The notes beneath the pieces are model-generated. The model saw only the letters and a program-made list of their open reading frames with translations, ran no database searches and had not been told where the DNA came from. Shown here piece by piece: positions 1-14,429 of a DNA stretch of 64,000 bases. Source of the DNA: Eledone cirrhosa (taxonomy: Eukaryota); assembly GCA_964016885.1 (NCBI GenBank), contig OZ024743.1, positions 16,120,001 to 16,184,000 on the forward strand, given 5' to 3'. Within the stretch, counting starts at the first letter, position 1, and every line of letters starts with the position of its first letter. The position numbers were made by a program, and so were the translations under genes.

Positions 1-891
<891 letters not shown>

Positions 892-893
<2 letters not shown>

Positions 894-1100
894 AAAGGAA
901 TTGTGGTAAGGAACCAGATGGACCATAACGCACCAGAGTACTCAATACTTAGGGTAGTAGAGTGGGAAATAGGAAAAAGTATGATCCCGACGGCAGTGCT
1001 CAAGCCGTTTCGATGACTATTTCTGGGCTAGAAATAGTTTCAGTCCAGAAATAGCCGTCAAAACGGCTTGAGATCTGCCGTGGGGTCATACTTTTTCCTA
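892..1100. mobile_element. Short repeat (probable PLE 3' end) with ~56-bp-arm fold-back at 970-1100
   Basis: Homologous to 23221-23413; arms TAGGAAAAAGTATGA...TATTTCTGG / CCAGAAATAG...TCATACTTTTTCCTA; (TA)n on both sides. Confidence 0.7.
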
Positions 1101-1129
1101 TATATATATATCCTCCCTGCGAGGATGCC

Positions 1130-2165
1130 TCTCCAGGATACCAGGGAAATCAACTGACGCGTGCTCCCTCAGAGACTGGCCGATGCGCCATGCGGGCTGT
1201 TGCCTAGGCACATACGTCGTCTATAAGATAGAATGTAAAAGTGCAACCAATACTATATAGGTAGCACAATCCGGCCGCTGTACATCCGGATCAAGGAGCA
1301 CACTAACACCAGGGCCTCGTCTTTCCGGAAACACTTAGCCAAATGCGGAAACAAAGACGTAAGACCCATCGTCACAATTCTAGCGACAGAAAGAAACGCC
1401 GGCACATTACGAATAAAGGAAGCACTTTGGATCAAACACCTAGGGCCACAAATAAACAACCGATCCGGGAGAAGCGAAATGAGGTGGTTGGTTTAAGTAA
1501 ACAAACGATGCAGCAACACACGCACACACACACACAAGCGAAACAGCAACACACGCACACACACACATTATCATTCCACCATTAGAACATACTCCACTGC
1601 CAATACAGACGAACAAGGCAACAACACACGCACACACACACACACACAGTAACATTCACCAAACAGGCAGAGAATACTATGGACTGACAGCTAGCGCCAC
1701 CCCACTCCCACAATTGAAAGAACTATTTCGGCCGCTGACCTCTGCTTCACCGATCCCATTTCACGCGCACGCGCGCTTTGCTGAATACCTCAGATATTCA
1801 AGATAACGAACAGCGGAGGACACAAGCCGCACCTTTCCGATAGACACGCCCCCCCCCCCCCCGAAAAAAATCCCCAGTTGATGGATGTGAATCCGAAATA
1901 TAAAGGGACAATTAAATCTCTCCCAAGGTAACTCTATCTGGTGTTATTATTTTTATCCTTTACGCTCTTTCCTACATTCTTCTACACGCTACATTCTTCT
2001 ACACGCTACACATCTCAATGTACACTCACTTACATCACTCTCTCCACCACCGGATCTTGTTACCCGGAGATTTACCCATCTGCATTGTCGAGGCTTCCTA
2101 AACGACTTAAAGAAATATACCTTATTATTCCACAATGCTTCAAGCAAACTTCAATACTCTCTTAT
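1130..2165 (+). mobile_element. PLE 3' fragment: GIY-YIG domain (stop ~1496) plus 3' UTR with decayed HHR-like motif (1871-1908)
   Basis: YVVYKIEC(frameshift)CNQYYIGSTIRPLYIRIKEH...FRKHLAKC...LRIKEALWIKHLGPQINNR; UTR motif TCCC-CAGTTGA-T-GGAT GTGA ATCC-GAAA-TATA-AAGGGA. Confidence 0.8.
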
Positions 2166-2388
2166 ATATATATATAAACACACATGCATACACATATATA
2201 CACATTTATTTACATTCTCGAGTAAAACCCAAAGAGAACCTGCCAGATAGTCCTATACAAGCGAGACACTGTCACCCGATCAATCTTGCCTGAAGTAGGA
2301 GAATTTCTCTCTAACACTATTAGCATGGAAGATAGACGTTAAACGATGATGATGATGAGTAGGTATGCTTATGCACTCAAACACTTAC

Positions 2389-2500
2389 ATATTCACACCG
2401 ATGTTTATATACCCATCATTTCACCAATCACTAAAAAACACTTCATATTTAGTCGAATCACTGATGACACTGATTCCATGGAGGAACTTGAGCCAATCCT
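2389..2500 (-). pseudogene. Candidate host exon with in-frame TGA
   Basis: ttttgcag|AG ... AATAT|gtaagt; reads EDWLKFLHGISVISDSTKYEVFFSDW*NDGYINIGVN. Confidence 0.4.
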
Positions 2501-2599
2501 CTGCAAAAAGCACGTAATAGGTTGATACACAATAAAACATTCATCCATGTAAACAAAACTTAATCCTTTTTCTTATTATGTATATGTTTCTGCATCCAG

Positions 2600-2815
2600 A
2601 CAACAGTGTAAAGTGGACGTGTAGGTGCCACGGAAATAAAAGCACACAGCCCTCACTGTAAATGAGGTTGGTGTTAGGAAGGGCATCCAGCTGTAGAAAT
2701 CAAGCCATCAGTTCCCGTATGAGCAAGACAAGGTCAGCCGACAGGGCACTGCCCACAACAGGACAACCCATCTAACCCATGCTAGCGTGGAAGTATCAAC
2801 GTAAAACGGTGATGA
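2600..2815 (+). mobile_element. 5'-truncated RTE-tailed SINE/RTE 3' UTR
   Basis: CTCACTGTAAATGAGGTTGGTGTTAGGAAGGGCATCCAGCTGTAGAAA...AACCCATGCTAGCGTGGAAG...GATGAT; reverse complement of 57886-58110. Confidence 0.85.
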
Positions 2816-2819
2816 TATA

Positions 2820-2912
<93 letters not shown>

Positions 2913-2915
<3 letters not shown>

Positions 2916-5363
2916 AAAGTTTTATTTAAAATGTTGGGTTACAACGAGTAAATATTTTATAACTGATATAAAAGCACTCAACAGGTTTTGGAGTATTTTA
3001 CGATATTAAACAAATGGAAATTACATTTATAAAACCATATTTATTTCATTATATATATTTCAGGGATATCATATTAAAATATGGTATGCCTTCTTCAGAC
3101 AAAATACAATATATAGACAGTTTTATAAATAAATTTGACATACCTTAGAGTTTACAACTTCCATTTAGAAAGTTGTTACGGTAGTGAAAATGTTAAGGAC
3201 GGTTAGAAAAAAAGACGGAGAAAAAAGGAAAAAAGGAAAAAGAAAAAGAAGGAGAAAAGAAAAAGAAAGAGCGGAAGGTGAAGAAGATGAAGAAATGTAT
3301 GTAAAGAGAAAACCACCAAATAAAAGATCTATGAGGGAAGGGGTACTGTAATTATTCATTTGTTTATTTATTTATTTAGTGCTAAGGATACGGGGAGAAA
3401 TATAAACAAAAATAGTTAAGGAGAGGTAGATCGAGTAATATCTATTATACGAGGTGGTAGAGATAATAATATCTATTATACAGGAGATAGAGTTAAAACA
3501 GCCGATATAAGAGTAGAGGGAGTAGGAGAGGAGATATACTTAGAAACAAAAATGATAGTTTTAAAATATTATGTTTCATCAGTCTATCAATTCATATGAA
3601 TTATAATGTAAACATCAATATTCATGAATGAGACACATATCAATAATGTGTGAAAAAATAGTGACTATATGTTTAGTTTAAAAATTCATAGGTTTATAAT
3701 CAAAATCTGAGATAAAACCTCAAAAAATACTGGAATACATAAGTATATATGTATTTTCATGAAAAAAGAGAAAAGAGAAAGAAAAAGAGAAGGTTATCTC
3801 AAACTGACACTATAGACACATGCGAGTTTACATGATCAGCTCTGTAAATTTTTATTTCACATGGAAATCTTCATTGCGTCAAAAAAATGTTTCCATACAC
3901 ATAAATGTACATAAATATACATATACATAAAAATATACATTATTAATAATAATAATAATATTCTTGCCCTTTCTTACATGATTATCGTACAAGCATAGAA
4001 TAGAACAGATATCAATATATTAAAATATTAAAAAACGCCAAGAATACTTTCCTCCCCAGAATATCTAGGGCCGTAATAAAAACACAGTGTGCCCAGCATA
4101 TCAATCAATCCCTCCAATTTATTTGACAATATTGCCAAGTTTATTAGAAGCAATCAGAGCCAAAAGCAAACAAAACCAAAATTATTCACCAAACCTATTT
4201 AGCAGAAATCATTCAAAAAAAAAACTTTAGGATACTCGGTTGTTCTACAGATGCTCTTATATTTATTCTAGAAGTTTATCTAGCTTAAAAATTTTATTCA
4301 ATAGATTCGGATCATCATCATTTTAAGGTAGTTTAATTACATTATTAATTATATATTCATGAAGAAGGTTTAAAGAATTGAAGGAATCGAAAGATTTATC
4401 GCCAAGTTTTCTAAAATAATTAAAAGTCTTGAGTAAATATATTACATTTTAAATTATATTTATATTTAAAAGTTGAGTTCAATCTATGTCTGCAACAACT
4501 GAATAAATTGGTCCGTAAATTAAGGGAATTTTTAGATTTTATTATAAAGAATATCTCATCTGCACAGAGGTCACATGTCTCAGAGGAGGAGTTAAAAGGA
4601 ATCCCTCTTGAGACTATATTCCAAACCGTCGAATATCCAACGTTATCATGTTTAAGTTGCCAGAGTAAGCCTGATAGTGATGTTGAAGATTTTTTGTTTG
4701 GATCTGTGAAAGAATTCTTGTGATTATTATAGCGAAGTTTAAATTCTGTCGAGGTGGAACCAACATAATTAAAAGAATTTAAGTCAGTTTTAACATTACA
4801 GTTGTATATTATATTTTTAACTAAGCAATTGTTATTTAACGGGCATTTAGATCTATCTCTACAGTTACAGTTGCTTACTTGAATATTGTTTATGCTATTA
4901 TCGGTATGTTGGCTAGGTTTTAGATTCCTATTATTTATTCTATTAATATTTTGTGCTAAATTTTTGGTGGACGAGTAGGTTAATTTTATAGTATGTCTAT
5001 TGAAAATTGAGTGATACTTATGTGTTCTAGGGAATCGTTTGTCAAGAGCATTAAAAAATAGTTTAGCGATGTGGGTTTTAATGTTTAGTGAGAAAGGGGG
5101 GGCAAACCAAATTATGTTTCTAGTTCTATTCCTTTTCTGGTTTTTGGAATTATTGTAATTCTTTCTATTATAGTTGTTAAAGTTATTACCGTAATTAAAA
5201 TTGTTGTTATTTTGGTTAGTTTGTCTATTATTATCGATGTACATAATTTTATCACTATATCCTGCTCTAGCTAACGCTTCATTGTAACAGTGGGCTTTTT
5301 GGTCGAAAATATTTTAATTAGATGAGATTCTAGAGATACGTTTTTGAACAGATTTCACTACAG
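2913..5363 (-). mobile_element. PLE 3' half (resembles Nematis type), left arm of head-to-head palindrome; ORF remnant 4420-5244
   Basis: RNIIWFAPPFSLNIKTHIAKLF...CNCRDRSKCPLNNNCLVKNIIY...YVGSTSTEFKLRYNNHKNSF...CDLCADE...LNLR...CCRH is a PLE linker plus GIY-YIG; ~1.5-kb 3' UTR ends at (TA)n. Confidence 0.9.
3037..3112 (-). ncRNA. Type I hammerhead ribozyme (mirror of 7603-7678)
   Basis: Reverse complement of the motif at 7603-7678. Confidence 0.75.
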
Positions 5364-5365
5364 TG

Positions 5366-7715
5366 AACAATGAAGCGTTAGCTAGAGCAGGATATAGTGA
5401 TAAAAGCGTTAGCTAGATATAGTGATAAAAGCGTTAGCTAGAGCAGGATATAGTGATAAAATGATGTACATCGATAATAATAGACAAACTAACCAAAATA
5501 ACAACAATTTTAATTACGGTAACAACTTTAACAACTATAATAGAAAGAATTACAATAATTCCAAAAACCAGAAAAGGAATAGAACTAGAAACATAATTTG
5601 GTTTGCCCCCCCCCCCCCCTTTCTCACTAAACATTAAAACCCACATCGCTAAACTATTTTTTAATGCTCTTGACAAACGATTCCCTAGAACACATAAGTA
5701 TCACTCAATTTTCAATAGACATACTATAAAATTAACCTACTCGCCCACCAAAAATTTAGCACAAAATATTAATAGAATAAATAATAGGAATCTAAAACCT
5801 AGCCAAAATACCGATAATAGCATAAACAATATTCAAGTAAGCAACTGTAACTGTAGAGATAGATCTAAATGCCCGTTAAATAACAATTGCTTAGTTAAAA
5901 ATATAATATACAACTGTAATGTTAAAACTGACTTAAATTCTTTTAATTATGTTGGTTCCACCTCGACAGAATTTAAACTTCGCTATAATAATCACAAGAA
6001 TTCTTTCACAGATCCAAACAAAAAATCTTCAACATCACTATCAGGCTTACTCTGGCAACTTAAACATGATAACGTTGGATATTCGACGGTTTGGAATATA
6101 GTCTCAAGAGGGATTCCTTTTAACTCCTCCTCTGAGACATGTGACCTCTGTGCAGATGAGATATTCTTTATAATAAAATCTAAAAATTCCCTTAATTTAC
6201 GGACCAATTTATTCAGTTGTTGCAGACATAGATTGAACTCAACTTTTAAATATAAATATAATTTAAAATGTAATATATTTACTCAAGACTTTTAATTATT
6301 TTAGAAAACTTGGCGATAAATCTTTCGATTCCTTCAATTCTTTAAACCTTCTTCATGAATATATAATTAATAATGTAATTAAACTACCTTAAAATGATGA
6401 TGATCCGAATCTATTGAATAAAATGTTTAAGCTAGATAAACTTCTAGAATAAATATAAGAGCATCTGTAGAACAACCGAGTATCCTAAAGTTTTTTTTTT
6501 GAATGATTTCTGCTAAATAGGTTTAGTGAATAATTTTGGCTTTGTTTGCTTTTGACTCTGATTGCTTCTTATAAACTTGGCAATATTGTCAAATAAATTG
6601 GAGGGATTGATTGATATGCTGGGCATACTGTGTTTTTATTACGGCCCTAGATATTCTGGGGAGGAAAGTATTCTTGGCGTTTTTTAATATTTTGATATAT
6701 TGATATCTGTTCTATTCTATGCTTGTACGATAATCATGTAAGAAAGGACAAGAATATTATTATTATTAATAATGTATATTTTTATGTATATGTATATGTA
6801 TGTACACTCATGTGTATGGAAACATTTTTTTGACGCAATGAAGATTTCCATGTGAAATAAAAATTTACAGAGCTGATCATGTAAACTCGCATGTGTCTAT
6901 AATGTCAATTTGAGATAACCTTCTCTTTTTCTTTCTCTTTTCTCTTTTTTCATGAAAATACATATATACTTATGTATTCCAGTATTTTTTGAGGTTTTAT
7001 CTCAGATTTTGATTATAAACCTATGAATTTTTAAACTAAACATATAGTCACTATTTTTTCACACATTATTGATATGTGTCTCATTCATGAATATTGATGT
7101 TTACATTATAATTCATATGAATTGATAGACTGATGAAACATAATATTTTAAAACTATCATTTTTGTTTCTAAGTATATCTCCTCTCCTACTCCCTCTACT
7201 CTTATATCGGCTGTTTTAACTCTATCTCCTGTATAATAGATATTATTATCTCTACCACCTCGTATAATAGATATTACTCGATCTACCTCTCCTTATCTAT
7301 TTTTGTTTTTATTTCTCCCCGTATCCTTAGCACTAAATAAATAAATAAACAAATGAATAATTACAGTACCCCTTCCCTCATAGATCTCTCATTTGGTGGT
7401 TTTCTCTTTACATACATTTCTTCATCTTCTTCACCTTCCGCTCTTTCTTTTTCTTTTCTCCTTCTTTTTCTTTTTCCTTTTTTCCTTTTTTTCTCCGTCT
7501 TTTTTTTTCTAACCGTCCTTAACATTTTCACTACCGTAACAACTTTTTAAATGGAAGTTGTAAACTCTAAGGTATGTCAAATTTATTTATAAAACTGTCT
7601 ATATATTGTATTTTGTCTGAAGAAGGCATACCATATTTTAATATGATATCCCTGAAATATATATAATGAAATAAATATGGTTTTATAAATGTAATTTCCA
7701 TTTGTTTAATATCGT
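5366..7715 (+). mobile_element. PLE 3' half, right arm of palindrome; ORF frameshifted in poly-C at ~5605-5620, stop 6295
   Basis: Near-identical reverse complement of 2999-5284; ORFs 5422-5637 and 5603-6295 together equal ORF 4420-5244. Confidence 0.9.
7603..7678 (+). ncRNA. Type I hammerhead ribozyme, palindromic stem III
   Basis: Stem I TATTTTGT/ATGAAATA (2 G-U); CTGAAGA 7617-7623; stem II AGG.ATA.CATATT-TT-AATATG.TAT.CCT; GAAA 7654-7657; TATATA; TA cleavage after ~7665. Confidence 0.75.
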
Positions 7716-7765
7716 ATATATATATATATATTAATCTTATTATTATTATTATTATTAAGTCATAC

Positions 7766-7864
7766 CTCCATTGAAGGTGAAGCATTCATTTGGCTCACCA
7801 CTCCTGCATACTCAGCTTCCTGGAGAAGTTCTGCCAGCCCATTTTCAAAATAATCGTCGATCAT
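7766..7864 (-). CDS. Candidate host exon (99 nt, phase 0-0)
   Basis: ttttgcag|ATG ... GAG|gtatga; MIDDYFENGLAELLQEAEYAGVVSQMNASPSME. Confidence 0.35.
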
Positions 7865-8070
7865 CTGCAAAACCACTGGTGTTCATGAGGCTGAGGTCAT
7901 CTAATTAAAATGATAATCGTACCATGAGCTACTGTTTACTATAAGACTAGCAGAATTTTTATTGATGTTTACATCTGGCCTGTTCTGTTAGACCATGCTA
8001 TGACCATAGCCATATCTGTGGTACCTGATGTAGGATCTGACTTTTCACTACACAGATCAGTCTCTCTCTC

Positions 8071-8111
<41 letters not shown>

Positions 8112-8115
<4 letters not shown>

Positions 8116-8227
8116 TAGGTTAGTGTTAAGAAGGGCATCCAGCTGTATAAATCAGGCCAGAATTAGTTCCCGTCCCACCCTTGCAAGCAGGGAACAGCGG
8201 ACGTAAAATGATGATGATGATGATGAT
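8112..8227 (+). mobile_element. Truncated RTE-type SINE tail with (GAT)n
   Basis: TGTTAAGAAGGGCATCCAGCTGTA...CCCACCCTTGCAAGCAGGGAACAGCGGACGTAAAATGATGATG, matches 17310-17425. Confidence 0.8.
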
Positions 8228-8242
8228 ATATATATATATATA

Positions 8243-8570
8243 AAGGGTAATGACCCCCTTCGGTCACACATGGCCATGGGATTTGCACCTACAAAAATCC
8301 CCCCCCGATGCATAAGTCCGGACAAGGTAGTTTATGGAAGAACAGCAGTCACCCATGCATGCCAGTTTCCCCACTGATGTTGTCCAAGGGGAAGGTAAAA
8401 ACCAATACAGCTTGGCTCCAGTGATGCCGCAACTCATTTCTACAGTTGAGTGAACTGGAGCAATGTGAAATAAAAGGAAGGAAAAGAACACAATACAAAG
8501 CCCAGTTCGAGAATTGAACTCACAAACTCACAATTGTAAGCCTGATGCTCTAAACGCTAACTTGTGTGCC

Positions 8571-8573
<3 letters not shown>
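8243..8573 (-). mobile_element. tRNA-derived SINE (same head/core as 17078 family, different 3' part)
   Basis: Minus strand has B-box-like GAGTTCAATTC and TTCACATTGCTCCAGTTCACTCAACTGTAGAAATGAG core. Confidence 0.75.
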
Positions 8574-8605
<32 letters not shown>

Positions 8606-8651
8606 ACACACACACACAGACAAACACACACACACAAACACACACACACAA

Positions 8652-8683
<32 letters not shown>

Positions 8684-9381
8684 GCATATTATGTGTATTA
8701 ATATGTATATATAAATAGATATGTGTGTGTTGTGTGTTTGTGTGTGTTTATCTATTGTGGCTTACATATAGGAATATTTAAGAGGTGAGTATACTGTTGA
8801 AAAAGGATGTAAAATCAAATAAGTGCTTTCACACAACTATCTATGTAAAGTTGGTTATGACGTTAGAAAAATTCTTCATCTATTTGAATTATTTTTAGCC
8901 TCAAGACTTTTTGCCATGATCATCAAGTTTTCTTTTTAGGTTTAATGAATCTTGGACTGTATTATCCATGCTTCTTTTTTGTTTTTTGCACATGTCATGT
9001 ACGATTTAAAGTAGATTTATCTGCTATATCTAGTGGCTCAGTATTTCAAAGTTGAGACCTTGATTCATTCTTGATTGGGCAGACTTATGGTCAAAGGTAT
9101 TTTAGCCATGAATATTATATATCAGGTTACATCATCCATTGTCTTATTTGTTTGTTCTGTATTATCTGCTATTTGTATTAAGTTGTGCAATGGAAAAATA
9201 CAATCTATTAATACATCTTCTTGTAAGAGGGTAATTATTAATTCAGATGGTAATATTAGAATTCTTTGCATTATTTATTCACTTTCTCTGCACTGAGTTC
9301 AAACCCACTGACTGTAAACTTTGCTCTTATCATTTTGGGATTGATAAGTAAAAACAATTTCAGGAGAATTGGATTGAATTC

Positions 9382-9585
9382 ATCATCATCATCATCATCA
9401 CCGTGTTATGTCCGTTCTTCCACGCTAGCATGGGTTAGATGGATTGTCCTGTTGTGGGCAGTGTCTGATCGGCTGACCTTGCCTTGCTCATATGGAAACT
9501 GATTCTGGCTTGATTTCTACAGCTGGATGCCCTTTCTAACACCAACCCCATTTACAGTGAGTGCTGGGTGCTTTTTTTCCGTGGA
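9382..9585 (-). mobile_element. Truncated RTE-tailed SINE
   Basis: (CAT)n followed by the reverse complement of the common tail; near-identical to 57886-58085. Confidence 0.85.
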
Positions 9586-12500
9586 TCAAATTCCAACCCC
9601 AACAATGGAAAAATAAAAAAAATGTAATGGCACTTCTACACGGGGTTATAACTAGCAGACAGTATGAGCAATTAAAGGGATGAATTGAAACAGTGTGAGT
9701 GAGTGAACTAACGATCATCTTAACGACCTACAACATTCATATTCCTTACATAAATCTTTCACACAAAATGTCTCCCTACCTGCTGGCAATAGCTGTATCC
9801 TCTTATGTTTCAATTACTAAATGATAAATGTACACCATTTTCTGAGATTAATGACTATGCTTTTCAATGGTTTAAATTTCATATACCTTTGAATTATCTA
9901 TCCATTTATTTATCATCTTCTCCCTCATAAAATTGTCACAAAGTAATTAGTATCAACTGTTACAGAAACATTACTGAACATGCTTATGAAAATGTTAGTT
10001 TGATAGTAAAATCAAAAATATGATCAAAATATAAATTTTACTATGGGATTAAGAAAAAAATGAAATTAATGGCAGCCATGTTATCATTTTTTTATATTTA
10101 TTATAATTCAATTGTTGAATTGTCTTTTTTACTGTTATTGCTTTTAATTAAAAAAAATTTTCAACATCGTTTATAATTAATTAAATTGCAAACAATTACA
10201 AACTTCTATAGAAATTTAAAACAAAACATATAATTTGAAGATGTATAAATTTCATTTCATTGAATAAGCTCTACATTAGACATCTGCTTTTCAGCAAATT
10301 TATAAATTTTGACATAAATGTCTAAAAACAAATAAATAATGAAAATAATGATAATAATAATTCCCTTTGAAAGTTCCTGCAGATTCAAAGTGTCTAAAAC
10401 AGTTTTTAATGTTGAGTCTGCCAATAATACTTCCAACACAACTGCTAGTGGAAAATTATTTCACTTAATGATCCACTTAAGTAATCTATAGTGAATGATT
10501 TCACACTTGTTAGTTGGCATTTAATGTTAATTTTCAAATGTTATTTATTTATTTAATTTTTCCCCTTTTTAGTCAACCATAAAAACATTTTCTATATGCA
10601 TCTAAGATTTTAATATTTTATTTTAAAAGATATTACATGAAATAGAGAGAACATGCAAATTAGCAGTTCATTTTGGAGGTGGAGTTATTGCTGACAAATT
10701 GGCAGATGTAAGATAGAAGGTCTTACGATATTCTGTTTTGCCCTCTGCATACTGATTTCAAAGTTGCCTTTCACCCTTTTAGGGTTGATAAATAAAGTAC
10801 TGGCCCAGCTTGGTGCATTGGCAGTATCATTGGATAAGATACGTTACAGTATCTGTTCCAGATCTTTACTTTCTGAATTCATATTCAACTTAGTGCTGAT
10901 ATTCCTAGTTAATCACATAATTACAGGTTTACCATCTAACTTTCAGTTGACCAGCATCAAGGAGAGTCTTCAAGCAGCATAAAAAGCAGACAAAAGTATG
11001 TTCAGTTATATTTCAGTAGTGCATCAAACTGGCTAAATAGAAAGAAGACCAGAGGAAATATTTTTTGCTTATGAAGACTCAACAAGCAGGACACAGCATT
11101 TTACTCCATTTTACAGAAAGATAAATTCCATCTGAATAATTTATTGGATGTCAGAATATTAGGGATTATACTTCACAAATTAAATCGAGATGCTTTTATG
11201 ATAATAACAGCAAGCAAAAATATTAATGTAGTCTTTTATTTGTGACAATGATGTTGGGTTAGAAGATATTATAGGAACAAATTATGAAAACAGCATTGGT
11301 TTATGTAGAAGTAATTATGAACGATAATTAGGATGAAAAACAAAATTATACAAAAAGAATGAGATGAAATATCTCCCTAGAGAGACAACCACTCTAGATA
11401 CAAACATATAACTAGTGCCACTCTGAATAACAAGAGTAAGAGCCCACCCCTCCTAGTTGTGTAGTCCACCCTATAGGCTCCCCAATGGGGGTGATTCTTA
11501 CCACTTTCACTCACTTTTCAGGAAAATCTTTTCTTACACCATTTGAAGTGTATAGAAAAAGTGGAGAATGATACGATGTTTTCCATCAAATGTACTGAAA
11601 AGGGATATGTTCATTCTCACCTTCCTCTACAAATGGAATTTGAAGAAGTTGATAAAGGCTTAACATTTTTTCCATTCTTTCAATCTTGTCCACTGTACAA
11701 TTTCTTTGCTATGTCCACCAGATGAAATCACTATTTTCCTGGACAAATGATGTCAGAAAGACATTCCTCATAATTAACATGGATGATGGCCCGCCATATT
11801 TCTTTTACATATATATTTTACACACGTGAAAGCCAAAGTGTTGGGCCACTCTGATGTGAGTGCACTCATCATCAAGAAGGATACCGGTTGATAAGGAGGG
11901 CACCAAATTGAGCCACACACTGCTGTTTGGCTGAGAAGCGGACTGGAGGCAGGTGAGGTGGTGTTGTTCAAGGCTAGACATGATCTTCCTGAAGGAAGAC
12001 CTGCATTTGATGTCATTATGTTAGAATGGGGGACAGAGAGGCCTTCACCTGTCCAGTTGGCCAGAGCCTGCTCCAGTTCTAGGGCCACCAACATTTTAGT
12101 GTTGCCTACCACTTATCTTTTATTCAATGCAAGGAATGTCATATCAACATTTTCATTGCTTTACATTCACAAATACCTGAAGTTGATTTATTTGTATACA
12201 TACACACACAGACACACACACACATATATATATATTCATTTTGTTAGGGCTAAATAGTGAGTTTTGTTAATAGTATTGTACCCATAAAAATGATAGTTTT
12301 TATAATAAAAATATGTATATGATAATTCCTTGATTAGAGCATTCTATGTAAAAATGCTTGAATCCTTGATTTTCCTTCCCCTCCTACCTCTTACCTCTTC
12401 AGCCTTGACCATATTCAACTTTACATTCATTTAAATTAATTATAATATTTTTCTTGAATTATTGTCAAACATATATGCACTAAATCCGTCAGTCTATCTA

Positions 12501-13073
12501 TCCATCTATCTGCTGACTCTTATACATGGTTTCTTGTTGTTAAAGATACATCTGTCTGGCAGGCAGTTAGAGACATAGGTAGGCAAATTCATAGATAGAC
12601 AGATATAGAGGTATATAGATAGACAACTATGTAAACAGATAAATAGTCAGATATACAGACTGAGATACAGACAAGAGGTAAACAGATAAATAGGCAGACA
12701 GATATATAGATAGCTGGGCAGAACAATAGACAGTTAGGTAGATAAATAGAGAGATCGCTAGGTAAACATTATTGTTTTTCTTGTCCTACGAGAGACATAT
12801 AGCTAAAGATAACAATAGTTGACTACTGACCTGCGAGCTAACATTGACAGAGAAAGCTAAATAGCAAAAATACCCCTAAAGACAGAAAACATTGGTCTGT
12901 GATCACTAAGGAGATACAGAGTGTTGTGAGGTTTGTGAAAGGTAGACAAAACATATAGATGAATGAGAGAGCAGTGTGTTGGTACATAGAAATGATAAGA
13001 AAAGAAGAAAGAAAGGAAGACAAGTGCAGATTACGGTTACAATAAGAGTCAAGATTAAAGGTACTATCCTTAC

Positions 13074-13183
13074 CAGCTGATATAAAATTACAGACGCATC
13101 TGATCTCATCAGCTCTCGATCAAGCTTGTAATTCTTTTTATGCCTGCTCATTTCAAGGATTTCCGAGGTAACCAATGACAAGT
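13074..13183 (-). CDS. Candidate host exon (110 nt, phase 1-0)
   Basis: cccttcag|AC ... CTG|gtaagg; (D)LSLVTSEILEMSRHKKNYKLDRELMRSDASVILYQL; phase matches upstream exon 17630-17813. Confidence 0.5.
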
Positions 13184-13753
13184 CTGAAGGGACCCGCCTA
13201 TCTTTTATTGGGTAAAATTAGTAAGACCCCCTTAGTGTAGATCCTGACTGAGATTGAACGACAGACCAGGATCTCCACCATCTCTAATACCTAATGACCA
13301 TCATATGTGTGCATCATATGTTCATATATATTCAGTCTTTTCTCTTATACACAAAATATGATTTGTCATACACCCAGTTCAGTACTTTTGATTCTAAGTA
13401 GAGTTTTCATGGCTGGAATTTAGTCTTTTACAGATTTAGAGGACTAGTTCATCGCCATACATAATTTCCTGTTATGAATTGGAGAACTATCATTAACTGA
13501 GGTGACCTATACATTGAATTCCTCTCGAAACTCATTTCCTATTTTCACTTTACTGACAGCTCATCTGTACATGGTTTACACTTCTCTCACAAGCCACACT
13601 TACTGAACTCTACCCTACTGTATTTTTGCTATAGCTGTAATAGCCTAAACCTAATCCCTACTTAATTCCCATTACAGGAGTAATAATCAACATACGTAGA
13701 AAAAGATAAAATACTAAAAATAAACATCCAATCACACTGCAGCTTTGTAGTTA

Positions 13754-13920
13754 CCTTATTTCCCGGCGTTGAAGACGCTTTCTTTTCCTAAAATAAGTCT
13801 AAAAAATCAACTATGCATCCCGGTTGCTGAAGATTGTTTATTATATTTTTTCAAATTTTTGGTTGTCAAAATTAGGGTGCATCCTTGAGGACGAAGCGTC
13901 TTCGGTGCTGAGAAATACTG
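13754..13920. mobile_element. Tc1/mariner-pogo type MITE
   Basis: TA flanks; imperfect TIRs CCTTATTTCCCGGCGTTGAAGACGCTT / AAGCGTCTTCGGTGCTGAGAAATACTG. Confidence 0.65.
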
Positions 13921-14429
13921 TATGAGTTTATGACTCAATATTAATAGTGTTCCCTATAGCGGTTTTTACTTTTGTTCTTAATAAAGAAAACAGATTTCTT
14001 TTTAATGGGAAGTATATGATGTATCCAGCACTTCATCTGGTAAACAAGCAATGTCTAGACTCTTTACAGTTGAGGAAATTATTGATGATATTTATTCTTT
14101 ACAAGAGAGTGAGCAAGAATTTCAACAAGTTTACCTTTACCAATACAACAGGAGTTATTCGGACAATGATACTTGTGAAAGTGGTGAGGAAAGTAGCCAA
14201 TCAGGTGAACAAATTCTATGTGGCTCTTGCACAGCTGCTGCTGATGGTGTTGGCGGCGATTTTGTAAATCTAGATTAAAGTTGGGTAGACATATTTAGTG
14301 ACCCTTGTGTTGATTCTGTCCATTAGTTTGCCTGTAATCATTAATCTTGAGCTGTGTATGCAACTATTCCTTTTTTTGCACAGGGGCCCAGATGGAGAGT
14401 AAAGTTAGACATCAGGACACAGGTCTGAG

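Noticed and set aside
7124-7160. TGATAG-A-CTGATGA...CTATCA second HHR in the PLE UTR
   Set aside because: No GAAA and no room for stem III
14051-14278. Acidic ORF MSRLFTVEEIIDDI resembling a piggyBac transposase N-terminus
   Set aside because: No downstream transposase motifs or TTAA/TIR identified
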